Shown piece after piece: positions 35,984-49,338 of a stretch of 63,339 nt of DNA; position 1 is the first letter of the stretch, and every line of letters starts with the position of its first letter. The translations under genes were made by a program, and so were the position numbers. Source of the stretch: Octopus bimaculoides. Lineage: Eukaryota. The notes beneath the pieces are model-generated. The model was not told the origin of the DNA. It made no database searches and saw only the letters and a program-made list of their open reading frames with translations. The stretch is taken from NCBI RefSeq assembly GCF_001194135.2, contig NC_069005.1:1572863-1636201 (forward strand), in the 5' to 3' direction.

Positions 35984-36722
35984 GTAACACAGAGCTCATA
36001 ATGATTTTTATGAAATGTTCTTTTTTTTTTTTTTTTATAAAAGAATCTAGTTGCTAGGTCACCAATTTGCAGGTCAATTATTTTTTTGTCTCACCAATCA
36101 GTTCAATGAAAGATATATGACAATATCTGGAGTCATCTGTTTTTCATTTTAGAGGAATATTGGAGTTAATAGCCCATGCTCTTAACCATTATGCTAAATA
36201 CCTTAGGAATGAGAGCCCAAGGTTTCTGTTTAAGATGATCAAAATTTAAACCTTCCATCAGAATTTCATGTTAATTTGTTTATTTTCCAAACATCAACTT
36301 AATAATGCCAAAGTCATTTCACTAAATTCTTCATTATTTTCAGAATCAACTGAAACGAAGGCAGAGATGGGGGGACAAAAAGGTTATAATAATATTGCAT
36401 AAACCCTAAATGTCTGGCTAGATCTCATGATGGGCAAAGTACTCTCCCTTACATGAATTAACATTCAGTTATATTCCATCGCTGGTTGAATAAATTTTTT
36501 TGGCATACAGATGCATTTTTAGAGATTAGAAGTTGAAATTATTGCCATATTGATATCCTGAAAACAATTGTCGTATAGGTCTGACAACTGTTGTTACCAG
36601 TTTGAATATTCCTTCATTTAAAAACAAAATTTACCAGGAAACCAGGAATGGTGATGGCCAAAAACAACGATTGCTCGTTTCTAGCTATGGCAGTTACTTT
36701 TACTGAATACTTTGTCTTTCAG

Positions 36723-36845
36723 CTTGACCGGACACGACTTGCGCGGGAGAAACAATTAAAAGAAGAAGCCATGCGTGAAAAACAAGAACTGGAAAGAAAA
36801 TTACTTGCTTTGCAGGAGGAAATGCGAAATGCACATGAAGCATTG
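36723..36845 (+). CDS. NF2: Merlin exon, coiled coil (LDRTRLAREKQLKEEAMREKQELERKLLALQEEMRNAHEAL), 123 nt
   Basis: RLAREKQ..EEA motif; CAG/GTAATG boundaries. Confidence 0.95.
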
Positions 36846-36904
36846 GTAATGTTAGAATTCCAATTATTATTATTATTATTAATTATTATTATTTATTATT
36901 ATTA

Positions 36905-37265
36905 TTGAGTGAGAGAGCAGAGCATTCCATCAAAGTGACACTGGGGTAAAATATACGAAGCCCATTATACCCATCATGACTACCCGTCTGATAAGGGTAC
37001 ACCAGGCACATGCATCGCAACCATATGTGCACAACATGATGATCTCATATCAAGGTTAACAGTGCATGGCCTTGCAGGTAGGGGCCCAGTTAGAATTTTC
37101 TTCAGGTCGAGTAGCCCATCTCACTCAAAGGGTCCCTGAATAAGGGTTGTTTAAGGATGTTGAACGAAACTCCCATGTTTCAAGAGGTGAATTATTCAAA
37201 CCCCAAAGAATTCCTCTCAATGCATGGCTATGATGCTCCCCCACTACTTCTGCTCATGATCTCAG
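36905..37265 (-). mobile_element. (AAT)n-tailed retroelement 3' end
   Basis: Directly follows an (ATT)n run; near-identical about 90-bp copy at 48280-48380, also after (ATT)n. Confidence 0.6.
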
Positions 37266-37421
37266 CCCCTCTGAGTCACTCAATCAACACAAAACTGTGT
37301 TATTAATTTTGTTTGCCATCCTTTTTTTAATTTACTTCCTTCATTTTTTTTTTCTTTTTGTTTCTTTGATTTCTACTGTTGGAGTTGTCAATTAATTCTA
37401 ATTAATCTCGTTCATTAACAG

Positions 37422-37553
37422 ATGCGGTCTGAAGAATCTGCCGATTTACTTGCAGAAAAGGCTCGAATTGCAGAAGAAGAAGCTGTGTTACTCAGAAGGA
37501 AATCTGCTGAAGTTGATGCAGAAATCCAACGTATCAAGATCTCTGCAATGAAA
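37422..37553 (+). CDS. NF2: Merlin exon, coiled coil ([44 protein letters not shown]), 132 nt
   Basis: [18 protein letters not shown] motif; CAG/GTGAGT boundaries. Confidence 0.96.
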
Positions 37554-38215
37554 GTGAGTCTTTCGAGGACCTTCGGGGTTATATTGTCAGGTTTTGTTCT
37601 TTGAACTCATTAACACCTGTCGTTAAACATTTATGTGTGACATATACACATGAGCATCACAAGTGCAACAGAAATAGATAACTCTCAAATGCCCAGGAGA
37701 ATCCCTGGAGGCAGCAATTAGTTTCTGTTACCTCCCCAGCCTGGCACTCCACCAGCTATGACCACAAACGTCCCAGTTGACCCGATCAATAGAAGAGCCT
37801 GCTCTTGGAAATTCATGGCTGAGTCTCTCCGCAGATACGTGTACCCTTAATGTAATTTTCAGGGAGGTTTAGTCAGACACAAAATGTGACAAGGCTGGTC
37901 CCCTTTGAATTACAGGTACCACTCATTTCTGCCAGCTGAGTGGACTGGAGCAACATGAAATAAAGGATCTTGCTCAAGGCCACAATGAACTCATGGGTAA
38001 CGAATTTGTGACCTTACGATCGTTAGTCTTGTACCCTAATCACTAAGCCACATGCCTTCTGTTACCCAGATGACTTAATAAGCTGAGGTGGAGAATGTTC
38101 TGAAAGTGTTGTAATCAAAGATAGAATCGGTTTATAATTTTCTCCTTTATTTCTGGGTATTGTATCTTTTTGAATTCTTCCGTTTACTCATCTTACAAAC
38201 CATCTGTGATTCCAG

Positions 38216-38301
38216 AGTGACGAGGAACGCATGCTTATGGAATGTCGAGCCAGGGAAGCTGAGATGATGGCAGCAACGCTGTTGGAAGATTCTGGTCGAA
38301 G
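38216..38301 (+). CDS. NF2: Merlin exon (SDEERMLMECRAREAEMMAATLLEDSGR), 86 nt, ends in phase 2
   Basis: Homologous to human [38 protein letters not shown] boundaries. Its length plus the previous exon (132+86) equals human exon 12 (218 nt) as I recall it. Confidence 0.92.
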
Positions 38302-40099
38302 GTGAGATTGAAAATGTTTCAATTGTTCCAAGTTTGTTCCTAACAAAAATTTATTCTGAGAAAAAGAAAAAAAAACCCAAAGAATTTGACTTTCAATATT
38401 GTCATCATCATCATCATCATCATCATCAGTTAACATTCATTGTCCATGCTGGCTTGGGTTGGACGGTTTGACCAGGGCTAGTAAGCTGAGGGGCTGCACC
38501 AGACTCCAGTCTGATTTGGCATCGTTTCTACGGCTGGATACCTTTCCTAACGCCAACCATTCTGAGAGTGTAATGGGTGCTTTTATGTGCCACCAGCACA
38601 GGTGCCCTTTGCATGACACCAGTGTCTGCCACTATTGTGATTTTACTTGGCTTCATGGGTCTTCTTCTCAAGCATGACATAATGCCAAAGGTCTTGGTCA
38701 TTTATCATTGCCTCTGTAAGGCCCAACACACGAAAGGAGCTTTTCATGTGTCACCAGCATCGGCCAATTTGCTTCCATGAGGCCCAACACTTGAAAGGTA
38801 TCTTGTAGCTTTGAGATTTCTGTGTGGTTACTATTTTTTCTTTAGAATGACATTATAGGGTAGGTGAGAGAGGCTGGATCTGACCGGTTTGAACATAAAA
38901 CAAGTAGAATATTTGAGCCAGANNNNNNNNNNNNNNNNNNNNNNNNNNNNNNNNNNNNNNNNNNNNNNNNNNNNNNNNNNNNNNNNNNNNNNNNNNNNNN
39001 NNNNNNNNNNNNNNNNNNNNNNNNNNNNNNNNNNNNNNNNNNNNNNNNNNNNNNNNNNNNNNNNNNNNNNNNNNNNNNNNNNNNNNNNNNNNNNNNNNNN
39101 NNNNNNNNNNNGGGGGGGGGGTTATTTCTTTTTTGTTTTTGTTAAATTTCTTTTATCTTTTATTTGTCATTAGACTGTGGCCATGCTGGGGCACTGCTTT
39201 GAAGAATCTTTAGTTGAATAAATCGACCCCCAGGACTTATTCTATTGGTTCCTTTTGCTGAACTGCTAAGTTATGGAGATGAAAAGGGTTCGTGGGGAAC
39301 AAAGACACACCCACACCCACACATCTTTTAAATTCGTATGAATATACAAACAAAGCTCCCATTCAATTTTGCTGGCCACAGTCTAATGATGCTGACTGGT
39401 GAACCAGTTTTTGGGGGTTACATCGAGCTATACCGATATAATGTAGGATAAATATTGTAATAATAATAATAATAATAATAAACCTTGCATGGAATTTATA
39501 AACACCTTAATGCATCGTTATACGCTACAGTCCATATTTCTGGGATGATTACAATGTAGTCCATAGTATCCGTTGGCATCGGATTGATTGTCTTCATGGA
39601 TCCATTTCTTCAGGTGATATCACATTAAATGGACGTTTGCTAGAGGGATGTTTGTCCCTTTTCTGACCAGGTCGAAGGTCGGTTGAGTTACGTGGGTACC
39701 TCTGTGAGTATTTGGTGGGGAGGAGAGGAAGTTGATGGAAAGAGACGAAGGAATGGTAATTATATGGGGAAGGGGTGTGTGGTGATGTTGGACATGTTTT
39801 GGTATTCAGTCTGCAGATGTCAGGGTTGGGTCGTATATTCCTTTGATCTCGTTTAAAGAATGACTATCTCCAATGAAGCCAGATGGTCAGCAGGTACATC
39901 CACTCCAGCCATCAGCTGTTGGCGTTCACTGTCTGAATTAACACTTTCTTTGGGTGACCTTTTAATTGTTTCTGGTGGTACAGTGATTAGTGTATAGCAT
40001 CTTGAATATTGGTTGGTTGGTTTGTGTTCCTTGTTCTATAATATGCTGAGGGTTGTTGATGTTATTCTGTTTCAAAATGTTTTTTTGCAAATTCCAGAA

Positions 40100-40390
40100 A
40101 CAATGTTTTGCTTTTGTGTTTACATGGTATGTTCACCTTGGAGTGTCTCTTTATCACGTTTTCCCCGGATGTGATGATTTCAGAATTTCTTCTAAACATA
40201 AGTTACATACCTGTGATATCCCGTTGTAAGGTGCAGCATTTTTTATAACAGACCAAAACCGTGTGGTTGTGGAGTAAGCTTCTTATCACGGCCATGCCTC
40301 CACCTATTTGTGGAAACTTAAGGGTACCTTTTTGTCCATGAATCACCACTCTAAGAAGCATTTGGTTCTTGCCTTTCGAAAATTCCATGT
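40100..40390 (-). mobile_element. Penelope-like retroelement remnant (end of GIY-YIG region)
   Basis: 40255->40178 translates to WSVIKNAAPYNGISQVCNLCLEEILK, resembling the W.I...A.PY....K.CNLCL.EK motif of Penelope-like ORFs; degraded downstream. Confidence 0.65.
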
Positions 40391-41511
40391 AAAAATAAGT
40401 TGTTTCTGTAAAGGCTTGAATTCCTTAACATTTCGTTGCAAAGAGGAGGGTTGACGTTCTGAATTACCTCCCTTTTTACTCTAACGTGTTTTTTTTTTTT
40501 TTAGTTTTGTCTCCATTTAACCCTTCAGCGTCCAGATTACTCTGTCAAATGTAATGCTTATTAGTTCACATTGTTTTGAATTAATCATGCATTATCTCAT
40601 AGCTTTAAGATTTCAATGATGTGATTGCTTATTTCTAGAATGACATTGTAGGGTGGCTTTGAGAGGCCAGTTCTGGCTAGTTTTGACACAAAACGGGTAG
40701 AATATTTGGGCTGGACATGGTCAGTTTAAATAAAAAGGAGATAAAGCATAATGTAGATTCTGTGTATAAAGTAAAGCTGTTCGTTCTACTCTTTGCTTTT
40801 TACCTCTCCCAGCCTTATCTTTCCTATTTCTCTCTCAATTGTTTTCTTCCTTCATCTCAGTGTTGTTGTTGTCATCATCATCTAATGTCCCTTCTCATTG
40901 CTGGCATGGGTTGGACAGTTTGACAGGAGTTGGCCAGCTGGAGATTTTGGCCAGGTCCCAATGCTCTATTCTGGCTTGGTTTCTATGGCTGGGCGCCCTT
41001 CCTAATGCCAACCACATAACAGAATATGCAGGGTGCTTTATGTGGTGTCGCATGGGTGCTTTTCTACAAGGCACTGACATGGGTGCTTCTTATAAGGCAC
41101 CAGCAGGGTGCATTTTATGTTGCACTGGCAAAACTAACCTCACATTTTGCTAGTGCCACATAAAAAGCACTGAGTCCACTCTGCAGAGTGGTTGGTGACA
41201 GGAAGGGCATCCAGCCGTAGGATCCCTGCCAAAACAGACACAGTAGCTGAGGGTAGTTTTTCTACCTGGCTGTGTGTCCCTGTCATACAAGTTGTGTCCC
41301 TCATTTCCAATTTCCCATATAAACATGTCTGACTTTGCTTGGAAACCGGTAAGGGTTGGCAACAGGAAGATCACCCAACCATAGAAAATCTGCCTCACTA
41401 AACTCTGTCTGACCAAAGTAAGTCTGGAAATGTAGACATAAAAACAATGATGATCACTTTTTCTCATATCTTTCCAATTTTAATTGTTCCTTTTTTTTTT
41501 TTTTATTTCAG

Positions 41512-41660
41512 AGCATCTTAAAATTGACGTCTAACCTGGAACTCCCAGATGTCGGTCTCATTGCTGATTTCTGTGGTGGGGACGATGCCATGGAAGCCAG
41601 CTTTGATTTCCCCAAAACTAGTGATATGGATCAACTTTCTCTTAAAATCGAGAAAGAAAG
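41512..41660 (+). CDS. NF2: Merlin exon, pre-CTD (SILKLTSNLELPDVGLIADFCGGDDAMEASFDFPKTSDMDQLSLKIEKE), 149 nt
   Basis: Long T-tract with CAG acceptor and GTAAAC donor; DM..LS..IEKE motif. Confidence 0.9.
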
Positions 41661-41932
41661 GTAAACGCACATTTTAATGAATTAATCGTTAATTTCAGCT
41701 CATTTTCTGTTATTCTTTTACTTGTTTCAGTCATTTGACTGTGGCCATGCTGGAGCGCCTTTAGCCGAAACAAAAATCGAGCCCCAGGATTTATTCTTTG
41801 TAAGCCTAGTACTTATTCTAGCAGTCTCTTTTTGCTGAACAGCTAAGTTAGGGGGATGTAAATACTCCAACATTGGTTGTCAAGCAATGGTGGGGAGACA
41901 AACACAGAGACACACAAATACATACATACATT

Positions 41933-41982
<50 letters not shown>

Positions 41983-43189
41983 CACACACACACACACATA
42001 TATATGTATATATATATATGGTGGGCTTCTTTCAGTTTCTGTCTACCAAATCCACTCACAAAGCTTTGGTTGGCTTGAGGCTATAGTAGAAGACACTTGC
42101 CCAAAGTGCCAATCTGTGGGACTGAACCCGGAACCATGTGGTTGGTAAGATTTTAATTTAGATCACTTTCAAACAAAATGTTTGTCATAGAACCAGTGGG
42201 AGTGGCCACAGTTGGGTTGGGTTGGTATCATCATCATCTTAGTTTAACGTCTGCTTTCCATGCTGGCATGGGTTGCACAGTTTGACTGAGGACTGGCAAG
42301 GCCAGGGGGCTGCACCGGACTCCAGATGTCTGCTTTGGCACGGATTTCACGGCTGGATGCCCTCCCTAACACCAACCACCTTAAAGAGTGGACTGAGTGC
42401 TTTTATGTGTTTCATGACGATGGTGGTGATGATGAGATGCAAGAGAACGGATATAATTAAACTTGACTTCAAATGTTGGCATAAGATCAATAATCTTGAT
42501 AAGATCAATAATTTTGGTAAGATCAATAATTTTTGCTTATATTGATTACGTTGACCCCACCAATGCTCAACTGGTTCTTACTATATCAGTACCGAAATAA
42601 TGAAAGCAAATCAGTCACAACAGAATTTGAACTCAACATAAAAAGCAGGAAGAAATTCTGCTAAGCTTTATATCATCATCATCATCATCGTCGTCATCGT
42701 CATCGTTTAACTTCCACTTTCCATGCTGGAATGGGCTGGGCGGTTTGACTGAGGACTGGCAAGCCAGGAGGCTGCACCTCTGAAATACTAATAATTCTGC
42801 CAGCTCATTAACCCAGTTATATAATTAATAATGATAATAACATTGACAATCTTATTTTGGCACATGACCAACAATTCTGAAGGGAGAGGCCAGTCAATTA
42901 CACCAAACCTTTTTAGTCAGCTGACACTTAATTCATTGACCCTGAAAGGGTCAATTTGAGATGCAAAGTTGACAAAAGGGAGTCAATTAAATGACTGTAT
43001 CCCCACCCGACACTTTCTTTACCCGTTTGTATCTTTTGGGGAAAACTGTGGTTGTCATAAAAAAAATAGTAGTTCCACATGGAAATTGAAACTGAAGCCC
43101 AAACTACTTTCTCAAAAGCATTGTGCTCCAGCTTGGCAGCTGTAATAAGAATGATAATAACAGATTTTTGTTTTTGTTTCTTGCAACAG

Positions 43190-43349
43190 AGTAGAGTATA
43201 TGGAGAAAAGTAAACACCTGCATCAACAGCTCCAAGACCTGAAGACAGAAATTGAAGTTTTGAAGGTGGAGGAGAACCAGACGGAACTGGATCGATTGCA
43301 TGAAGAAAGTGTAACGAGAGGAGACACCAAATACTCTACACTTAGGAGG
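43190..43349 (+). CDS. NF2: Merlin exon, CTD (VEYMEKSKHLHQQLQDLKTEIEVLKVEENQTELDRLHEESVTRGDTKYSTLRR), 160 nt
   Basis: VEYMEKSKHL..QL..LKTEIE.LK is merlin-specific; CAG/GTAAGA boundaries. Confidence 0.97.
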
Positions 43350-45837
43350 GTAAGAATATTTGTCTTCTCCGTAATTTAAAACAATCTTCCCTCTGTGTGT
43401 GTGTGTTTGTGTGTGCGAGTGTGTGTGTGTGTGTTTATGTATGATGATGATGATGACGACCTGTTTCTCATAACAGTCTGCCGAGCACTTACAGAAAATG
43501 TTCTAAACTTAGAAGCATAGATTAGAATCCAAAAGATTAACCGTTTTATTATTATATTTCTGTTAAAATATACCGCTTTTATTTTTTATATTATAATTAT
43601 TATTATTCTTTATTTTTACTATTAATTTTGAAAAAAAAAAAAACCAAAGAATTTAGTAAAACAACTTTGTCGTTATTAAACTGATGTTTGGAACATAAAT
43701 TAATATGAAATTTTGATGGAAGGTTTTAATTTCGATCATCAAATTTGTATCATAGAATCAAGGTTGGTCTCAGGTGATTTGGTATTGAAACAGTTAATTT
43801 AGGAAAGGTAAAAATGCTAGTTTGTAATAAAGTTTGAGTTGATTCTTAGACTGAGAAGCCCTTTTTTTTCTCTGCCATTTCTTGACAATATCTCATTGAT
43901 TACTATTAATTTTCTTTCTGTGTGGATTGTCATATTTTAATCTCTGGTCACCAGATCATTCTCTGAGACTGTTTCTGGTGATGTTTACATATCAGCTGTT
44001 TTCTCTCAATTCATTATTGTTGTTGTTGTTGTTATTATTGTCTCCATCTGGTATCTGTATCTTCACAGTTATGTTACAGGTCATGTCCATCTATGTATAC
44101 ATACGTACGTTCCATCATTTGTTCCGGAAGTTTTCTGTAAATAAAGCTGTTAAATCTATTTCCTTGTTTCCATACGTTCTCTCAGCAATGTTGTCTTGTA
44201 TCTTGTACACTGAAGACAATCTTTAAATTATTCTAAAGTTGAAATTGCCATCTCAGTATCCTACTTAATATAGACAAACCATTGTGAGGCAAGATGTTGC
44301 AATTGTTGTCTGAGGTAAAATCTCGTATGGAGATGCTGTGTTTAAAAAGAAATGGTCTTGGGTTCAGTCCTGCTGTGAAGCACCTTGGGCAAGTGTCTTC
44401 TATATCCTCAAGTCAACCTAAGCCTTGTGAGTTGATTTGGTAGACCTAAACCGAAAGAAGCCCGTTGTGTGTATGCATGCACATGTGTGTATGTATATCA
44501 TCATCATCATCATCGTTTAATGTCTGCCTTCCGTGCTAGCATGAGTGGTACGGTTTGACAGGAACTGGCCAGGCGGAAATGAGTTGTGACGTTTCTGGTG
44601 CCAAGCTGTATCAGCCTTTTGCCTTTCCCTTGGATAACATCAGGGGGTGGTGAGGGGAGGCTGGTATGCATGCGTGACTACTGGTCTTCCATAAACAACC
44701 TTGTGCCTTGGAGAGGGTGGCTTTCTAGGGGCAAGCCCATGGTCATTTATGACCAAAGGGGTTTTTTTCACTTTTGCCCTATACACACACGTGTTGCTGT
44801 CTTCTTGCCTTGACTCCATGTCATAATTGTAAATGAATGTCGTCATCATCACACAAGCCGTGTCCTTCATATTGCATCTCTTGTGAAAACTGTGCCTGGT
44901 CATGCTGGGGTGGACATCACCTTACTTGGAAACAGTTGGGGGTTGGCGGCAGGGAGGGCATTGGACTGTGGAAATCCACCTCAACAAGATTGTGTCTGAT
45001 CTATGCGAGCATGAATAAGCAGACATTCAGCAATGACGATGGATCTGTCTGTGTGTCTTGACAGCCGTATCTCAAATGACATGTTGTTTCTTTTGTCCCC
45101 CCTCTGCTGTCTCAAACATTAAGAAGAAGAAGATTATTATACCATGATTCCACTACTTCAACTTTTAGAGCTTTGATATCTTCCAGTAAATGCACTTAGA
45201 AACCTTATCCTCTCCCCCTCCTCTCTCTCTCTCCCTCCCCCCCACCAAGAACTCATCTTCTAACACCCATTCCTGCACCAATCTTCCAATTGTGGTACTA
45301 CTCATTCATGTGCAGTAAATGAGACTACCTACCTCCCCCTCCCCCTCCGTGCACTTCACACTGTATCCCTATTACTGTCCCTTATCACCTCCTCCTCCCG
45401 CCTGGCCCACTCCTATTTCCTTCCCTCCTNNNNNNNNNNNNNNNNNNNNNNNNNNNNNNNNNNNNNNNNNNNNNNNNNNNNNNNNNNNNNNNNNNNNNNN
45501 NNNNNNNNNNNNNNNNNNNNNNNNNNNNNNNNNNNNNNNNNNNNNNNNNNNNNNNNNNNNNNNNNNNNNNNNNNNNNNNNNNNNNNNNNNNNNNNNNNNN
45601 NNNNNNNNNNNNNNNNNNNNNNNNNNNNNNNNNNNNNNNNNNNNNNNNNNNNNNNNNNNNGGAACTTTCAGAATTGCCAAAATTTCGACCGCTCCCCACA
45701 TTCTGGGAAGGTTTCATCACAGTATTCGTCATCAGTGATTTCATCTGATGATGACTTCCGTGCCTCCTTCGCCTTACACGTTTCCTATTTTGTCAGGTCC
45801 GAACACTTTCAAGCTTTTAAATTTCTCCCCTCTGCAT

Positions 45838-46679
45838 GCCAAGCAAAATGCTTAGCAGCATTTCATCCATTTTTACATTCTGAGTTCAAATTCTGCTGAG
45901 GTCGACTTTGCCTTTCATCCTTTCGGAGTCGATAAATTAAGTACCAGTTGCGCACTGGGGCTAATCTAATTAACTGGCCCCCTCCCCAAAATATCAGGCC
46001 TCCTGCCTAGAGTAGAAAGGATTATTATTATTATTGTTGTTGTTTGGGCAGTGAGCTGGCTGAATCATTAGCCTGCTAGACAAAATGCTTAGCAGTATTT
46101 CGCTTATCGTTACATTCTGAGTTCAAATTCTGCCAAGGTCAACTTTGCCTATCATCTTTTTGGAGTTGATAAAATAAGTACCGACTGAACGCTGGGGTTG
46201 ATGTAATCAACTCATCCCCACCTCCCCCAAGTTGCCCTTGTGACAGCAATTTCAAATAATTATTGTTGTTGTTGTTGTTGTTGTTAAGGTGGTGAGCTGG
46301 CAGAATCGTTAGCACACTGGGCAAAATGCTTGGCAGTATTTCATCTGTCCTTACGTTTTGAGTTCAAATTCCGCTGAGGTCGACTTTGCCTTTCATCCTT
46401 TCAGGGTCAGTAAATTAAGTACCAGTTACATACTGGGGTCGATGTAATCGACTTAACCCCTCCACCAAAATATCAGGCTTTGTGCCTACAGTAGAAAGGA
46501 TTATTGTTGTTGTTAGCCTGCCAGACAAAATGTTTAACGCCATTTCATCTGTCTCCATATCCTGAGTTCAAATTCTGCCGAGGTCAACATTGCCTTTTAT
46601 CCTTTCAAGTTCTGCAGTCGATGTAATCTACCAGACCCTCTCCCCTAAAATTTCAGGCCTTGTGTCGATAGTAAAAAGG

Positions 46680-46720
<41 letters not shown>
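45838..46720 (+). mobile_element. Head-to-tail chain of four diverged copies of SINE family D
   Basis: Unit caaaatgctt..gagttcaaattc..gtcgactttgcctttcatcc..aagtacc..ggggtcgatgtaatc..(att/gtt)n at about 45838, 46046, 46288 and 46514; another copy at about 48075-48280. Confidence 0.85.
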
Positions 46721-46721
<1 letters not shown>

Positions 46722-49338
46722 GGTGGTGGTTTTGTTGCCATCACCATCAGTATCTCGGCATCATGTACTTATATTCTATCTTCACATAATTCCTTGGACT
46801 CATGCTGTGCTGGTTATTAGATTACATTTACAAGATGGAATGTGCTTAGCTGAAACATTTGATTGGCGGAAGTGGGGCAGGATCGTACATAGCCAACCCT
46901 TGGAGTAGTTTATCAGAGCATGGAAAAACGAGACGAATGTGTGGGCAAAATGCAATTAATGTCTTCGGTATTCACTAAGCACATCTATTAAATTTCATTC
47001 TTTTATTTATGTTAATGGTTTTTAATTTATTAAAACAGTATTAATAACAAAAAGATGTTTCTAGCTGCAATAATTAACAAAAAAATAATAATAAATAAAT
47101 AATAATAATAATAATAATAATGAATAACTGTGCTTTGAGATTTTAGAGACTAACAACAAAATATGAAATATTGGTGGAGTAAAATGTGGAATAATTAATG
47201 AGCATTCCTCAGAAAAAGAAAAGAAAACAAATAAATAGATTTTTGATGAAATCATAAGAAAAAAAAATTTGAAGTAATTATTATAAAACTCCGTCTGCTC
47301 TTGCAATAATTTGCATACATACAAACTGGCACTCTGTTGGTTCCGATGACAAGGGTTCCAGTTGATCCGATCAACGGAATAATCTGCTAGTGGAGTTAAT
47401 GTGCAAGCGGTTGAGCACCCGACAGACATGTGTACCCTTAAGAGTGATTCAGTGTGACATGCTGAATGTAACAAGACTGGCCCTTTGAAATACAGCCCCT
47501 ATTCATTATTGCCAGCTGAGTGGAGTGGGGCAATGAGAAATGAAGTGTCTTGCCCAAGGATACAGTGTACCACTGGGAATTGAACTCACGACCTTATGAT
47601 TGTGAGCTAAATACTTCAACCACTCTGCCGCGTGCTTTCTCTCTATGTACAGAATGAAGACATTTGTGAACGAGAATGTTTAAATGTGCAGAGACAGCCA
47701 GACAGACTAATTAAAATGGGAGGTAATTAACACAGAATTAATGTTATAAAGTCATTGGTTCAATGGATCAGATGTACATTTAATTCATCCAGCATGGAAC
47801 ACGGATAATAAATGATGGTGGTGGTGGTGTTGAAAATTTAATTCTAGTGAAAATAAAACATGTCAGTTGTACAGGGAATTAAAAGGAATGTTTGTGGGAA
47901 AATATTGGGAGGAAATAAAAAAGAAACCAACCACAACAAAGATAACATTGAAGAGATTCCATTGATGAGACATAGAAACAGAACTGCCAACAGATGGACT
48001 CAACAGATAGACTCGCTACTGATGGACTCAACAGATAGACTCTCTTCTGTTGGACATCAATGAAAACTAAAGAGAAGCTGGTGTGCTGGCAGAATTGTTA
48101 GCACAGTGGACAAAATGCTTTGCCACGTTTTGTCTGTCTTCATGGTCTGAGTTCAATTTGTGGTGAGGTTGATTTTGCCTTTCATCTTTTTGGAGTCAAT
48201 GAAATATGTACCAGTTATGCACTGCGGTTGATGTAATAGACTTACCGCCTTCCATTATTATTATTATTATTATTATTATTGAGAGAGAGAGCAGTGCATG
48301 CCATCAAAGTGACACTGGGGTAAAATATACGAAGCCCATTATACCCATCATGACTACCCGTCTGATAAGGGTACACCAGGTAACAATACAACAATATGTA
48401 TGCAACATGGTGATCTTATATCAAGATAAACAGCGCATGACCTCGCAGAAACACAAACTAACATGAAATTTTGATGGAAGGTTTTTAATTTAGATCACTT
48501 TAACTCTTTTGTTACCATATCTCTGCTGAAATACGTCTTTCTTTTAATTAAGAAAGCTTGTATCATTGAACCAGGTTCGGTCCCAGATGAGTTAATATCA
48601 AAACGATCAAAAGTTTTTCACTTATATTTTGTTGATGAAAAGACAGGAGTTGTAATGTTATACATCTCATAGATTGGTATACTGATTGTGTTTTAGTTCT
48701 ATTGGGAGAAACAGGATTGTCCTCGGTTCATGAAAGTCTTGTAAGTCAGGTGTGGAGTGTGTAGGTAGGTGTGTGGATAATGCTTGTTTTGTGAAAAATA
48801 TTTTATGAATATCTGTGAAATGGAAAAGAGAAACACTTAGATCTACTTTTCCATTTCACAGACAACTGGAAACTGGTTGTTGAATTCAGCAGCAATAATT
48901 AAATCTCTAAACAGAAAACATGTCACAGAAACGTTATAAGTAACAAAAAAAGCATCAAAACTTTTATGAAAGAAGCAAAATAAATAACCCTAAACAAAAC
49001 AAGTGGAACATTAGAAACAGTTAATGAATTGTGAGTTATAAAGAAAAATTGCATAAATCATAAAAAGTATTTGGGCATGCGGAAGTGAGGCCATAAAAAG
49101 CCACATCAAGATGTGGGAAAGATATTTATCAGATGTGACCCAAATGACAGAAGAAAGGTGATATCACCACAATGCCTTGATCTTTTTGTTCAGTTTTGGT
49201 TATTAACAATTGGAGGTTTATTTAGTGAAATGTTTGGTTTCAATGAAATTTCCTCTATATATGTTTAGGCATTGACTTCCTAACCGCATGGTTTCAGGTT
49301 CAGTCCCACTGTGCAGTACCTTAGGAAAATATCTTCTT

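Noticed and set aside
42481-42536. Short tandem repeats (18-bp x3 here; 16-bp x3 at about 24730-24776; about 30-bp x2 at about 47990-48045) as CRISPR-like arrays
   Set aside because: There are no unique spacers, the context is eukaryotic, and these are ordinary slippage repeats.
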